Below, in pieces: positions 19,742 through 29,162 of a stretch of DNA of 64,000 bases (the stretch's first letter is position 1; each line of letters starts with the position of its first letter). A program made the translations under genes and the position numbers. The DNA is from an uncultured Candidatus Rokubacteria bacterium (GTDB lineage: Bacteria; Methylomirabilota; Methylomirabilia; Rokubacteriales; CSP1-6). Under the pieces are notes generated by a model, which was given only the letters and a program-made list of their open reading frames with translations, was not told the origin of the DNA and did no database searches. The stretch is taken from NCBI GenBank assembly GCA_963771355.1, contig CAVYTA010000007.1, positions 1-64,000 of the forward strand, written 5' to 3'.

Positions 19742-20740
19742 ATGGCGCAAGCCAAGACCGCGACCCTGGCCCCGCGGCTCGACACCGAGCTCGCGCGGCG
19801 CCTCGTCTACCAGATGGCCCTGATCCGTCGGTTCGAGGAGAAGGCGGCCGAGATGTACACCCTCGGCAAGATCGGCGGCTTCCTCCACCTCTATATCGGC
19901 CAGGAGGCGGTGGCGGTGGGGTCGACCTCCACCATCCGTCTCGACGACTACGCGGTGTCCTCGTACCGCGACCACGGGCACTGCCTGGCCAAGGGGTGCG
20001 ACCCCAAGCGGGCCATGGCGGAGCTGTTCGGCCGGATCGACGGGCTGTGCAAGGGCAAGGGCGGCTCGATGCACTTCTTCGACAAGAGCGTCAACTTCCT
20101 CGGCGGCCACGGGATCGTGGGCGCGCACCTGCCGCTGGCGACCGGGGCCGCCTTCGCGTGCAAGTACCAGGGGGGCGACCAGGTCGTCCTCTGCTACTTC
20201 GGCGACGGCGCCGTCCCGGAAGGGGAGTTCCACGAGTCGATGAACCTCGCCGCCCTCTGGAAGCTGCCCGTGATCTTCATCTGCGAGAACAACCGCTACG
20301 CCATGGGCACCGCCATCCACCGTGCGCTCTCCCAGACCGAGGTGTGGCGGTTCGCGGAGACCTACGGCATGCCCGGCGAGGCGGTGGACGGCATGGACGT
20401 GCTGGCGATGCGGGACTCGGTGGCGCGGGCGGTCGAGCGCGCGCGCAAGGACCGGACGCCCACCCTCATCGAGGCCCGGACCTATCGCTTCCGCGGCCAC
20501 TCGATGCGCGACCCGGCCGGCTCGGTGTACCGGACCAAGGAGGAGGTCGAGCGCGAGAAGGAGCGCGACCCCATCGCGCTGTTCACCGAGCGCTGCTTCC
20601 GCGACGGGATTCTCGGCGAGGCCGACGTCAAGACCATCGAGAAGGACGTGTTCGACCGGGTGGACGAGGCGGTGGCCTTCGCGGAGGCCTCTCCGGAGCC
20701 GCCCCCGGAAGAGCTGTTCGCCGACGTGTACAAGGACTGA
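19742..20740 (+). CDS. pdhA: Pyruvate dehydrogenase E1 alpha
   Basis: GFLHLYIGQEA, GKGGSMH, GDGA..ENN TPP motif, YRFRGHSM; RBS AGGAGG 19729-19734. Confidence 0.93.
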   Translation: MAQAKTATLAPRLDTELARRLVYQMALIRRFEEKAAEMYTLGKIGGFLHLYIGQEAVAVGSTSTIRLDDYAVSSYRDHGHCLAKGCDPKRAMAELFGRIDGLCKGKGGSMHFFDKSVNFLGGHGIVGAHLPLATGAAFACKYQGGDQVVLCYFGDGAVPEGEFHESMNLAALWKLPVIFICENNRYAMGTAIHRALSQTEVWRFAETYGMPGEAVDGMDVLAMRDSVARAVERARKDRTPTLIEARTYRFRGHSMRDPAGSVYRTKEEVEREKERDPIALFTERCFRDGILGEADVKTIEKDVFDRVDEAVAFAEASPEPPPEELFADVYKD

Positions 20741-20744
20741 GCCC

Positions 20745-21725
20745 ATGGCCATCATCACGTACCGGGAAGCGCTGAACCAGGCCCTCCGGGAGGAGCTGGA
20801 CCGCGACCCGCGGGTCTTCGTGATGGGCGAGGAGGTCGGGCTCTACGACGGCGCCTACAAGGTGACCCAGGGCCTCCTCAAGGCCTACGGCGAGAAGCGG
20901 ATCATCGACACGCCCATCTGCGAGTCCGGCTTCACCGGCGTGGGCGTGGGCGCGGCCATGCTGGGCCTGCGCCCGGTGATCGAGATGATGACGTTCAACT
21001 TCTCGATCCTCGCCCTCGACCAGATCGTCAACTCGGCGGCCAAGATGTGCTACATGTCCGGCGGCCAGTACCCGATCCCGCTGGTGGTGCGCGGCCCCGG
21101 CGGCCCCGCCGCCCAGCTCGCCGCCCAGCACTCCCAGAGCATGGAGACGTACTTCTACCACGTGCCCGGGCTCAAGGTGGTGCGCCCCACCACGCCCGCC
21201 GACGCCAAGGGCCTGCTCAAGTCGGCGATCCGCGACGACAACCCGGTGATCTTCATCGAGGCGGAGACACTCTACGCGGTCAAGGGCGAGGTCCCCGAGG
21301 ATCCCGACTTCACCATCCCGCTCGGCAAGGCCATCGTGCGCCGCGAGGGCACCGACGTCACCGTGGTCGCCTACATGGGGATGATGTACCGCGCGATGGA
21401 GGTGGCGGAGGAGCTCGCCAAGGAGGGCATCTCGGTGGAGCTGGTGGATCCCCGCACGCTCCGGCCCATGGACACCGACACCATCGTCTCGTCGGTGCGG
21501 AAGACCCACCGGGCGGTGGTGCTCGAGGCGGGCGCGGGCTTCGCGGGGATGGGATCGGAGATCGCCTCCGAGATCACCGAGGAGGCCTTCGACGATCTCG
21601 ACGCGCCGGTGATGCGCGTCACCGGCGAGAACGCCCCCATGCCGTACGCGAAGAACCTCGAGCAGCTGAAGACGCCGTCCCGGGCCAAGATCGCGGCGGC
21701 GATCCGGCAGGTCTGCAATCGATGA
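20745..21725 (+). CDS. pdhB: Pyruvate dehydrogenase E1 beta
   Basis: DTPICE, EMMTFNF, AAQHSQ, PMPYA. Confidence 0.93.
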   Translation: MAIITYREALNQALREELDRDPRVFVMGEEVGLYDGAYKVTQGLLKAYGEKRIIDTPICESGFTGVGVGAAMLGLRPVIEMMTFNFSILALDQIVNSAAKMCYMSGGQYPIPLVVRGPGGPAAQLAAQHSQSMETYFYHVPGLKVVRPTTPADAKGLLKSAIRDDNPVIFIEAETLYAVKGEVPEDPDFTIPLGKAIVRREGTDVTVVAYMGMMYRAMEVAEELAKEGISVELVDPRTLRPMDTDTIVSSVRKTHRAVVLEAGAGFAGMGSEIASEITEEAFDDLDAPVMRVTGENAPMPYAKNLEQLKTPSRAKIAAAIRQVCNR

Positions 21726-23239
21726 TCACCAAGGTGGTGATGCCGAAGCTGTCGGACGCCATGGAGACGGGCAAGGTCATCAAGTGGCTGAAGAAGGAAG
21801 GCGACGTGATCAAGGGCGGGGACGTGATCGCGGAGGTCGAGACCGACAAGGCCAATGTCGAGCTCGAGGCCTTCGGGTCCGGCGTCCTCCGGAAGGTGGT
21901 GGTGGGAGAGGGCGGGCAGGTGCCGGTGGGTGAGCTGATTGCGGTCATCGCGGAGCCTGCCGACGACATCGGTACGGTGGTGGCGGGCGCGTCCGCCGCC
22001 CCGGCGCCCGCCGCCACCGCGGCGCCTGCCGCCTCCCCATCAGGGTCTGCGCCGGCGCCGTCGTCCGGCGACGCCGCCAAGCCGGCGGCCATCCCGCCCG
22101 CCGCCGCGCCGGGGCCGGTGCCCGCCACCGAGACCTACAAGTCCGCCCCGGCGACGGACAAAGTGGTGCCGCTCACCCCCGAGTCCGGCGGACCGCGTCC
22201 GCAGCCGGCGCCAAGCTCCCCGCCGGCGCCAAGCGCGACGCCGGGGACGATGGCCCCCGCGGCCACGGCGCCGACGGGCCCGCGCCTCGTGAGCGCCGGC
22301 GCTCCCACCGGCGCCGCCGCCGCGGGCGGCCGCATCAAGGCCTCGCCGCTGGCGAAGAAGGTCGCCGCCCAGTCCGGCGTGGATCTCGCCCGGCTGCAGG
22401 GGAGTGGTCCCGGCGGTCGCATCATCCGTCGCGATGTCGAGGCGGCGGTGGCCGCCGGTCCGGCCGCGCCGGGAGCGCCCGCCGCCGCGGCCGCGCCGCC
22501 CTCCGCCGCCGCGGCGCCGGCGCGCGCGCCTTTCGTCATTCCCGCGCGGACCGAGGCCGAGTACGAGGACGTGCCGCTCACGCCCATGCGCGCCACCATC
22601 GCCAAGCGCATGCCGATGTCCAAGGCGCCGGTGCCGCACTTCTACGTCACCTCCGAGGTCGGCATGGACCGGGCGTGGGAGCTGCGCGCGGAGCTGAACG
22701 CGCTGGAAGGCAACCCCAAGGTCTCCGTCAACGATCTCGTGATCCGCGCCTGCGCGCTCGCCCTCCTCAAGCACCCGGGCGTCAATGCCTCCCTGCAGGG
22801 CTCGGCCATTCGGCAGTACCATCGCGCCCACATCGGGCTCGCGGTGGCGCTCGAGGGCGGCCTCATCACGCCGGTGCTGCGCGATTGCGACGTCAAGCCG
22901 CTGGTGCAGATCGCGGTGGAGGCGCGTGATCTTGCCGAGCGGGCGCGGGCGGGCAAGCTCCGTGCGTCCGAGCTGTCCGGGGCCACCTTCTCGATCTCCA
23001 ACCTCGGCATGTTCGACGTCGAGGAGTTCTCGGCCATCATCAATCCCCCGGAGGGCGCCATCCTGGCGGTGGGCTCCGTCCTCGAGAAGCCGGTGGTGGT
23101 GGACGGCACGCTCGCGGTCGGCCGCCGCATGAAGCTGACCATCTCCTGCGATCACCGCGCGATGGACGGGGCCATGGGCGCGCGCTTCCTCCAGGACGTG
23201 AAACGCCTGCTCGAAGAGCCGCTCCGACTCCTGCTCTAG
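21722..23239 (+). CDS. pdhC: Dihydrolipoamide acetyltransferase E2 (one lipoyl domain)
   Basis: ETDKA lipoyl motif, Ala/Pro linker, ASPLAKK E3-binding domain, DHRAMDG. Confidence 0.93.
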   Translation: MITKVVMPKLSDAMETGKVIKWLKKEGDVIKGGDVIAEVETDKANVELEAFGSGVLRKVVVGEGGQVPVGELIAVIAEPADDIGTVVAGASAAPAPAATAAPAASPSGSAPAPSSGDAAKPAAIPPAAAPGPVPATETYKSAPATDKVVPLTPESGGPRPQPAPSSPPAPSATPGTMAPAATAPTGPRLVSAGAPTGAAAAGGRIKASPLAKKVAAQSGVDLARLQGSGPGGRIIRRDVEAAVAAGPAAPGAPAAAAAPPSAAAAPARAPFVIPARTEAEYEDVPLTPMRATIAKRMPMSKAPVPHFYVTSEVGMDRAWELRAELNALEGNPKVSVNDLVIRACALALLKHPGVNASLQGSAIRQYHRAHIGLAVALEGGLITPVLRDCDVKPLVQIAVEARDLAERARAGKLRASELSGATFSISNLGMFDVEEFSAIINPPEGAILAVGSVLEKPVVVDGTLAVGRRMKLTISCDHRAMDGAMGARFLQDVKRLLEEPLRLLL

Positions 23240-23255
23240 AGATGGCGATCTAGCC

Positions 23256-24656
23256 ATGGCCGCCCCCCAGAAGTTCGACGTGGTCGGTATCGGCACCGGT
23301 CCCGGTGGCTATGTGGCCGCCATCCGCTGCGCTCAGCTCGGGCTGTCCGTCGCGGTGGTCGAGGACGACCGGCCCGGCGGGGTCTGCCTCAACTGGGGCT
23401 GCATCCCCACCAAGGCCCTCCTGCGCAACGCGGAGGTGGTGAACCTCTTCTCGCGCGCCGAGGAGTTCGGCATCACGGTGGGTGAGTGGAAGGCCGACTA
23501 CGCCCAGGCCATCCAGCGCTCACGGCGGGTCGCCGACCGGATGGCCAAGGGCGTCGAGTTCCTGTTTCGGAAGAACAAGATCACGCTCTTCCTCGGCCGC
23601 GGGACGCTCAAGGCGAAGAACGTGGTGGAGGTGGCGGGAAAGGACGGCGCGCAGACGCTGGAAGCCGGCCGCGCGGTGATCCTGGCCACCGGCTCCGAGC
23701 CGCGGTCCTTGCCCGGCGTCACCATCGACGAGAAGACGGTGATCTCGTCCAACGGCGCGGTGCGGAACGAGGCGCGGCCGGCCTCCCTGGTCGTGATCGG
23801 CGCCGGGGCGGTCGGCATGGAGTTCGCCGATGTCTATGCCGCCTACGGCACCCAGGTCACCGTGCTCGAGGCCCTGCCGCGTGTGCTCCCCATCGAGGAC
23901 GAGGACGCGTCGACCCAGATTGCCCGGCTCTTCGGCCGCCGCGGCATCACCATCCGCACCGGCGTGCGCGTGAAATCGGTGACCACGAGCGCGGCCGGCG
24001 CCGCGGTGGAGGTGGAAGCGGAGGGCAAGACGGAGTCGCTGCGCGCGGATCAGGTGCTGATGGCGGTGGGCCGGGCCGCGCGCACCAACGGCCTGGGGCT
24101 CGAGGCCCTCGGCATCGCCATGGAGCGCGGCTTCGTCACCGTGGGACCCACCGGCGAGTCGTCGGTGAAGGGGATCTACGCCATCGGGGACATGGCGGGA
24201 CGGCAGCTCCTCGCCCACAAGGCGATGGCCGAGGGCGTGGTGGCCGCCGAGGCCATCGCCGGCCAGACACCGCGTCCGGTCGACTATGGCAATGTCCCCT
24301 CGTGCACGTATTGCCGGCCCCAGGTGGCCTCCATCGGCCTCACCGAGGCGGCGGCCAAGGGCAATGGCCGCGAGGTGAGCGTGGGGCGCTTCCCCTTCAC
24401 CGCGAACGGCAAGGCGGTGGCGCTGGGCGATACCGAGGGCTTCCTCAAGGTGGTGGCGGACAAGCGCACCGGCGAGATCCTCGGCGTGCACATCGTGGGG
24501 CCCGAGGCCACCGAGCTGATCCACGAGTTCGCCGTCGGGCGGACGCTCGAGGCCACGCTCGAGGAGCTGATGCACACCATCCACGCGCACCCCACGCTGT
24601 CCGAGGCCGCCCTGGAAGCCACTCTCGCCGCGCTCGGCCAGGCCATCCACATCTGA
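23256..24656 (+). CDS. lpdA: Dihydrolipoamide dehydrogenase E3
   Basis: GTGPGG, CLNWGCIP, HAHPTLSE. Confidence 0.96.
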   Translation: MAAPQKFDVVGIGTGPGGYVAAIRCAQLGLSVAVVEDDRPGGVCLNWGCIPTKALLRNAEVVNLFSRAEEFGITVGEWKADYAQAIQRSRRVADRMAKGVEFLFRKNKITLFLGRGTLKAKNVVEVAGKDGAQTLEAGRAVILATGSEPRSLPGVTIDEKTVISSNGAVRNEARPASLVVIGAGAVGMEFADVYAAYGTQVTVLEALPRVLPIEDEDASTQIARLFGRRGITIRTGVRVKSVTTSAAGAAVEVEAEGKTESLRADQVLMAVGRAARTNGLGLEALGIAMERGFVTVGPTGESSVKGIYAIGDMAGRQLLAHKAMAEGVVAAEAIAGQTPRPVDYGNVPSCTYCRPQVASIGLTEAAAKGNGREVSVGRFPFTANGKAVALGDTEGFLKVVADKRTGEILGVHIVGPEATELIHEFAVGRTLEATLEELMHTIHAHPTLSEAALEATLAALGQAIHI

Positions 24657-24783
24657 GATGCCGGGCCATCTGACTTCGCCATACTTCGTTCTCGGTCGTC
24701 GCCCGCGCTCGACGTACAACCACGTACTCCTCACGCCGGCGACTCCCTCGGGCCTCGTCTGGCTCGCCATCTGGCCCGGCATC
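24657..24783. repeat. 127-bp intergenic element with 12-bp terminal inverted repeats (REP/MITE-like)
   Basis: GATGCCGGGCCA (24657-24668) is the reverse complement of TGGCCCGGCATC (24772-24783); internal GTAC-AACCAC-GTAC hairpin. Confidence 0.65.
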
Positions 24784-24796
24784 CGCGACATCGGCC

Positions 24797-25957
24797 ATGG
24801 ACTTTGAGCTGACACCGGCGCAGCAGGCCCTGCGCGCGCGGGCGCGCGAGCTGGCCGACGGCGTCTTTCGCGAGCGAGCGGCACGCTGGGACGCGGAGGA
24901 AGCCTATCCCTGGGACAACGTCAAGGACCTGGTCCGCGCAGGCCTGATGGGGATCACCATCCCCAAGGCGTATGGCGGCCCCGGCGGCTCGGTACTCGAC
25001 GTGCTCCTCGTGGTGGAGGAAATAGCGCGCGCCTGCGGCGTCACCGCCCGGATCGTCGTGGAAGGCAGCCTCGGCGTGGTGGGGGCGCTCACCGCCTACG
25101 GCACCGAGGCCCAGAAGCGCCGCTATTTCCCGTGGGTGCTGGAGGACGGCGAGAAGCCCGCCATCGCCATCACCGAGCCCGAGGCGGGCTCCGCCGCCAC
25201 CGATCTCGTCACCCGCGCCGACGAGGCGCCGGAGGGCTGGACGCTGGGCGGCGAGAAGCGCTGGATCACCGGCGCGGGCACGTCGCGCCTGTATCTCGTC
25301 TACTGCCGCATGGGAGACCGCCCCGGCGCCGAAGGCATCGGGGGCATCTTCGTGGAGCGTGACACGCCGGGCTTCACGGTCGGCGAGCGCGACCGCACCA
25401 TGGGGCTGCGCGGGATCCCGGAGGGGCGCCTGCACTTCGATCGCTGCCGCGTGCCCGCCGAGCAGGTGCTGGTGGGCCCGCCCGACGGCTTCAAGCGGCT
25501 CATGCGCGCCTACAACAGCCAGCGCCTGGGCGCGGCCACCGTGGCGCTGGGGCTGGCGCAAGGGGCCTACGAGCATGCGCTCGTCTACGCGCAATCGCGG
25601 CGCCAGTTCGGGCGGCCCATCGCGGACTTCCAGGGCATACGCTGGAAGCTGGCCGACATGGCGATCAAGCTCGACGCGGCCCGGCTCCTCATCCACCGCG
25701 CCGCGTGTAGCTCGGTCGATGGCTTCCCGGAGCCGCTCGCGGCCGCCAAGGCCAAGACCTTCGCGGCGGAAATGGCGCAGGAGGTCACCAACCAGGCGCT
25801 GCAGATCCACGGTGCCGCCGGTTATGGGCGGGGGCTGCCGCTGGAGCGGATGGTGCGGGACGCGCGCATGTTCGCCATCGGCGGCGGGACCGTGGAGATG
25901 ATGCGGAACCTGATCGCGGATCGCATCCTGCCCGAGCGGGCCGACTTCCGCCGCTAG
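24797..25957 (+). CDS. Acyl-CoA dehydrogenase-fold flavoprotein, 3-sulfinopropanoyl-CoA desulfinase-like
   Basis: YPWDNV, KPAIAITEPEAGSA, MGLRGIPE, AYNSQR, RDARMFAIGGGT; no catalytic Glu. Confidence 0.8.
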   Translation: MDFELTPAQQALRARARELADGVFRERAARWDAEEAYPWDNVKDLVRAGLMGITIPKAYGGPGGSVLDVLLVVEEIARACGVTARIVVEGSLGVVGALTAYGTEAQKRRYFPWVLEDGEKPAIAITEPEAGSAATDLVTRADEAPEGWTLGGEKRWITGAGTSRLYLVYCRMGDRPGAEGIGGIFVERDTPGFTVGERDRTMGLRGIPEGRLHFDRCRVPAEQVLVGPPDGFKRLMRAYNSQRLGAATVALGLAQGAYEHALVYAQSRRQFGRPIADFQGIRWKLADMAIKLDAARLLIHRAACSSVDGFPEPLAAAKAKTFAAEMAQEVTNQALQIHGAAGYGRGLPLERMVRDARMFAIGGGTVEMMRNLIADRILPERADFRR

Positions 25958-25977
25958 GGCCGCGCGCGGAGCCCTCC

Positions 25978-27264
25978 GTGGCCGAGTTCGTGATCGAGGG
26001 GCGCACCCGCACCAAGGGTAAGGTCCGCCCGGGCGGAAACAAGAACGCCGCCTTTCCCACCGTGGCGGCCGCGCTGCTCACCTCCGAGCCCGTCACTCTG
26101 CGCAATCTTCCCGACATCGACGACGTGCGCACCCTGCTCACGCTGATGGAGGGCCTGGGGGTGGAGATCACGCGGCCCGATCGCCACACTGCCACCCTGC
26201 GCGCGGGGGTCCTTCGCGGCACTCGCCCCGACCCCGAGCTGCTCCGGAAGATCCGCGGGGCGCTGGTGCTCATGGGTCCCCTGCTGGCGCGGGAAGGCCG
26301 CGCGGAGTTCGGCCACTCGGGCGGCGACCGCATCGGGCGACGGCGCGTGGACACCCACGTCCTGGGCCTCGCCGCGCTGGGGGCGGACTACCGCTACGAG
26401 GAGGGCGAGCTGCGGCTGACCGCCCCCCGCCTGCGGGGCGCCGACATCCTCCTCGACGAGGCCTCGGTCACCGCCACCGAGAACGTGGTCCTGGCGGCGG
26501 TGCGGGCGGAAGGGATCACCGTGCTCCGCAACGCGGCCTCCGAGCCGCATGTCCAGGACCTCTGCGCGCTCCTCGTGCAGATGGGCGCGCGCATCGACGG
26601 CATCGGCTCCAACGTGCTCACCATCCACGGGGGGGCCACGCTGCACGGCGCCGACTTCACGCTGGGGCCGGACTTCATGGAGGTGGGGAGCTTCGTGGTG
26701 CTGGCGGCGGTGACGGAGGGGGACGTTCTGATCGAGGGGGTGCGGCCCGACGACCTGCGCATGACGCTCGGTGTCTTCGCGCGCCTCGGAATCACCGCGC
26801 AGATGCGCGGTGGCGATCTTGCCGTCTCGGGCGCCCCGCCGCTGGTCATCCAGGCCGATCTCGGGGGCGCGATCCCGAAGGTGGACGACGGCCCCTGGCC
26901 GCACTTCCCCGCGGATCTCATGAGCGTGGCCCTGGTGGCAGCCACCCAGGCCGACGGCACGGTGCTGTTCCATGAAAAGATGTACGAGAGCCGGCTCTTC
27001 TTCGTGGACCGGCTCATCGGCATGGGCGCCCGCGTGGTGCTCTGCGATCCGCACCGCGCCCTGGTCCATGGCCCCGCCCGGCTGCGGGGCGAGCCCTCGG
27101 GCATCCCGAGCCCGGACATCCGCGCGGGCATCGCGCTCCTGATCGCCGCGCTCTGCGCCGACGGGCGGACCGTGATCCGGAGCATCGAGCAGATCGACCG
27201 CGGGTACGAGGACATCGAGGGCAAGCTGCTCGCCCTCGGCGCCCGCATCACCCGCCGCCCCTAG
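25978..27264 (+). CDS. murA: UDP-N-acetylglucosamine 1-carboxyvinyltransferase (Asp at the catalytic Cys position)
   Basis: KNAA, GGDRIGRRRVDTH, SVTATEN, NAASEPHV, PDIRAG, IDRGYE. Confidence 0.93.
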   Translation: MAEFVIEGRTRTKGKVRPGGNKNAAFPTVAAALLTSEPVTLRNLPDIDDVRTLLTLMEGLGVEITRPDRHTATLRAGVLRGTRPDPELLRKIRGALVLMGPLLAREGRAEFGHSGGDRIGRRRVDTHVLGLAALGADYRYEEGELRLTAPRLRGADILLDEASVTATENVVLAAVRAEGITVLRNAASEPHVQDLCALLVQMGARIDGIGSNVLTIHGGATLHGADFTLGPDFMEVGSFVVLAAVTEGDVLIEGVRPDDLRMTLGVFARLGITAQMRGGDLAVSGAPPLVIQADLGGAIPKVDDGPWPHFPADLMSVALVAATQADGTVLFHEKMYESRLFFVDRLIGMGARVVLCDPHRALVHGPARLRGEPSGIPSPDIRAGIALLIAALCADGRTVIRSIEQIDRGYEDIEGKLLALGARITRRP

Positions 27265-27411
27265 CGGGTCGCCCCGGGTTGCCCGATTGCCTCCGCCCAC
27301 GGTCCCTAGCGGGTTGCCCCGATTGCCTCCGCCCACGGTCCCTAGCGGGTTGCTCCGATTGCCTCCGCCCACGGTCCCTAGCGGGTTGCTCCGATTGCCT
27401 CCGCCCACGGT
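27259..27411 (+). repeat. Tandem repeat, four copies of a 36-nt unit (first copy degenerate)
   Basis: CCCTAGCGGGTTGC(C/T)CCGATTGCCTCCGCCCACGGT at 27304, 27340 and 27376, plus a variant from 27259 overlapping the murA stop codon. Confidence 0.95.
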
Positions 27412-27442
27412 CAACATGCCTTTAGGGCATGTTGATGATGGT

Positions 27443-27469
27443 GGTCGATTCCCGGTGGTCCCGGACGTC
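27443..27469 (+). promoter_or_regulatory. Putative ECF42-type autoregulated promoter
   Basis: GGTCGA-N17-CGTC upstream of the YCII-ECF pair resembles the TGTCGA/CG(A/T)C ECF42 consensus. Confidence 0.55.
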
Positions 27470-27516
27470 GTATAGGGTGAGGTGAGGGAAGGCCCCCGCC
27501 CAGAAAGGAGATCCCC

Positions 27517-27864
27517 ATGAAGTTCATTCTCATGATTCACGGCAATGAGAGCGCGGAGGCGCGACGCACCGAGGCCGAGATGAAGCAGGTCGTCGGCCAG
27601 CACATGAAGGTGGCCCAGGAGCTGCGCGCGGCGGGCAAGATGGTGCACGGCGAGCGGCTCCGCGGCCAGGCCGAGGCGACCCGCCTCCGGTCCAAGGCCG
27701 GTCAGATCCAGCTCACCGACGGACCCTTCGCCGAGACCAAGGAGGTCGTCGGGGGATTCTACTTGATCGACTGCGCCTCCAAGGCGGAGGCGGTCGAGTG
27801 GGCCTCCAAGCTCCCCCTCCGCGAGGAGGGCTTCATCGAAGTGCGCCCCGTCTGGGAGATGTAG
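27517..27864 (+). CDS. YCII/DGPF-domain protein
   Basis: TDGPFAETKEVVGGFYLI, IEVRP. Confidence 0.92.
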   Translation: MKFILMIHGNESAEARRTEAEMKQVVGQHMKVAQELRAAGKMVHGERLRGQAEATRLRSKAGQIQLTDGPFAETKEVVGGFYLIDCASKAEAVEWASKLPLREEGFIEVRPVWEM

Positions 27865-29126
27865 CGACGGCCCTCGGGGGCGCCGGGTACCTCGTCGAGC
27901 ACGTCTTCCGGGGCGAGTACGGCCGGCTCGTCGCCTCGGTGGCCCACATGCTCGGAGATCTCGACGCCGCCGAGGAGACCGTGCAGGAAGCGCTGGCGGC
28001 GGCGCTGGTCCACTGGCCGGTTGACGGCTTGCCCGACAATCCCGGCGCCTGGCTGATGACGGTGGCGCGCAACCGGGCCCGCGATCAGCTCCGGCGCCGC
28101 CGGCGGCTCCACAGCAAGATCGAGACCCTCGCCCACGAGGGGGACGGCGCCCTCGTGGAGCCGCCGCCGGAGGACGATCCCGCAGTCATCGCCGACGATC
28201 GCCTGCGCCTGATCTTCACGTGTTGTCATCCCGCGCTGGCCCCGGAGAACCAGGTGGCGCTCACCCTCCGCCTGGTGGGCGGGCTTTCCACCGGGGAAAT
28301 CGCGCGGGCGTTCCTGGTCTCGGAGCCGACCATCGCCCAGCGCATCGTCCGCGCCAAGCGGCTGATCCGGGCCCGGCGCCTGCCTTATGCCGTGCCCGAG
28401 GCGGCGGAACTACCGGCACGCATCGGCTCCGTCCTCGCGGTCATCTACCTCGTCTTCAACGAGGGCCACACCGCGCGCGAAGGGGACCGACTCGTCCGGC
28501 GGGAGGTCTGCGAGGAGGCGCTTCGCCTCGGCGTCACCCTCACCGAGCTGATGCCGGGGGAGCCGGAGGCACAGGGACTCCTCGCCCTCCTGGAGCTGAC
28601 GATGGCGCGCATCCCCGCGCGCACCGACGCGCGGGGCGAACCGGTGCTGCTGGCCGACCAGGACCGCGGGCGCTGGGACCGCGCGCTGATCGCGCGCGGG
28701 CTCGCGCGGCTCGAGGCCGCGGGCTCCCTGGAGGGCGCGGGCCCGTATCGGCTTCAGGCCGCCATTGCCGCCTGTCACGCGCGCGCGCCGGCGTGGGAAG
28801 CCACCGACTGGGCGGCGATCGCGGCGCGGTACGCGAGCCTCTACACGCTCACGCCGACGCCGGTGATCGCGCTCAACCGCGCAGTGGCGGTGGGGATGGC
28901 GGAGGGACCGGAGGCGGGGCTGGCCATCCTCGACGCACTCGAGGGGCCGGCGCTCACCGGCTACCATCACCTTCCCGCCGCGCGCGGGGACCTCCTGCGC
29001 CGTCTGGGCCGCTGGCCCGAGGCCGCCGCCGCGTATCGCCGCGCGCTTCACCTCACCAAGAACCGGCGGGAGCAGGCGTTCTTCGCCGCGCGCGTCGAGG
29101 AATGCGACCGGGGCGCTACTTCGTGA
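27798..29126 (+). CDS. ECF42-family RNA polymerase sigma factor with C-terminal TPR-like extension (start uncertain)
   Basis: DDRLRLIFTCCHP, IYLVFNEG, LADQDRGRWD, GPYRLQAAIAACH; adjacent to a DGPF gene. Confidence 0.88.
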   Translation: MGLQAPPPRGGLHRSAPRLGDVATALGGAGYLVEHVFRGEYGRLVASVAHMLGDLDAAEETVQEALAAALVHWPVDGLPDNPGAWLMTVARNRARDQLRRRRRLHSKIETLAHEGDGALVEPPPEDDPAVIADDRLRLIFTCCHPALAPENQVALTLRLVGGLSTGEIARAFLVSEPTIAQRIVRAKRLIRARRLPYAVPEAAELPARIGSVLAVIYLVFNEGHTAREGDRLVRREVCEEALRLGVTLTELMPGEPEAQGLLALLELTMARIPARTDARGEPVLLADQDRGRWDRALIARGLARLEAAGSLEGAGPYRLQAAIAACHARAPAWEATDWAAIAARYASLYTLTPTPVIALNRAVAVGMAEGPEAGLAILDALEGPALTGYHHLPAARGDLLRRLGRWPEAAAAYRRALHLTKNRREQAFFAARVEECDRGATS

Positions 29127-29162
29127 GGCCGGAGGCCCGGAGGCGCCGCGCGCCCCCTGTCC

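Noticed and set aside
21980..22540. Low-complexity GC repeat as a separate element
   Set aside because: It encodes the normal Ala/Pro-rich linkers of the E2 subunit.
27259..27411. CRISPR array (36-nt repeats)
   Set aside because: Units are head-to-tail with no unique spacers, and there are no cas genes. The same holds for the arrays at 12207 and 46908.
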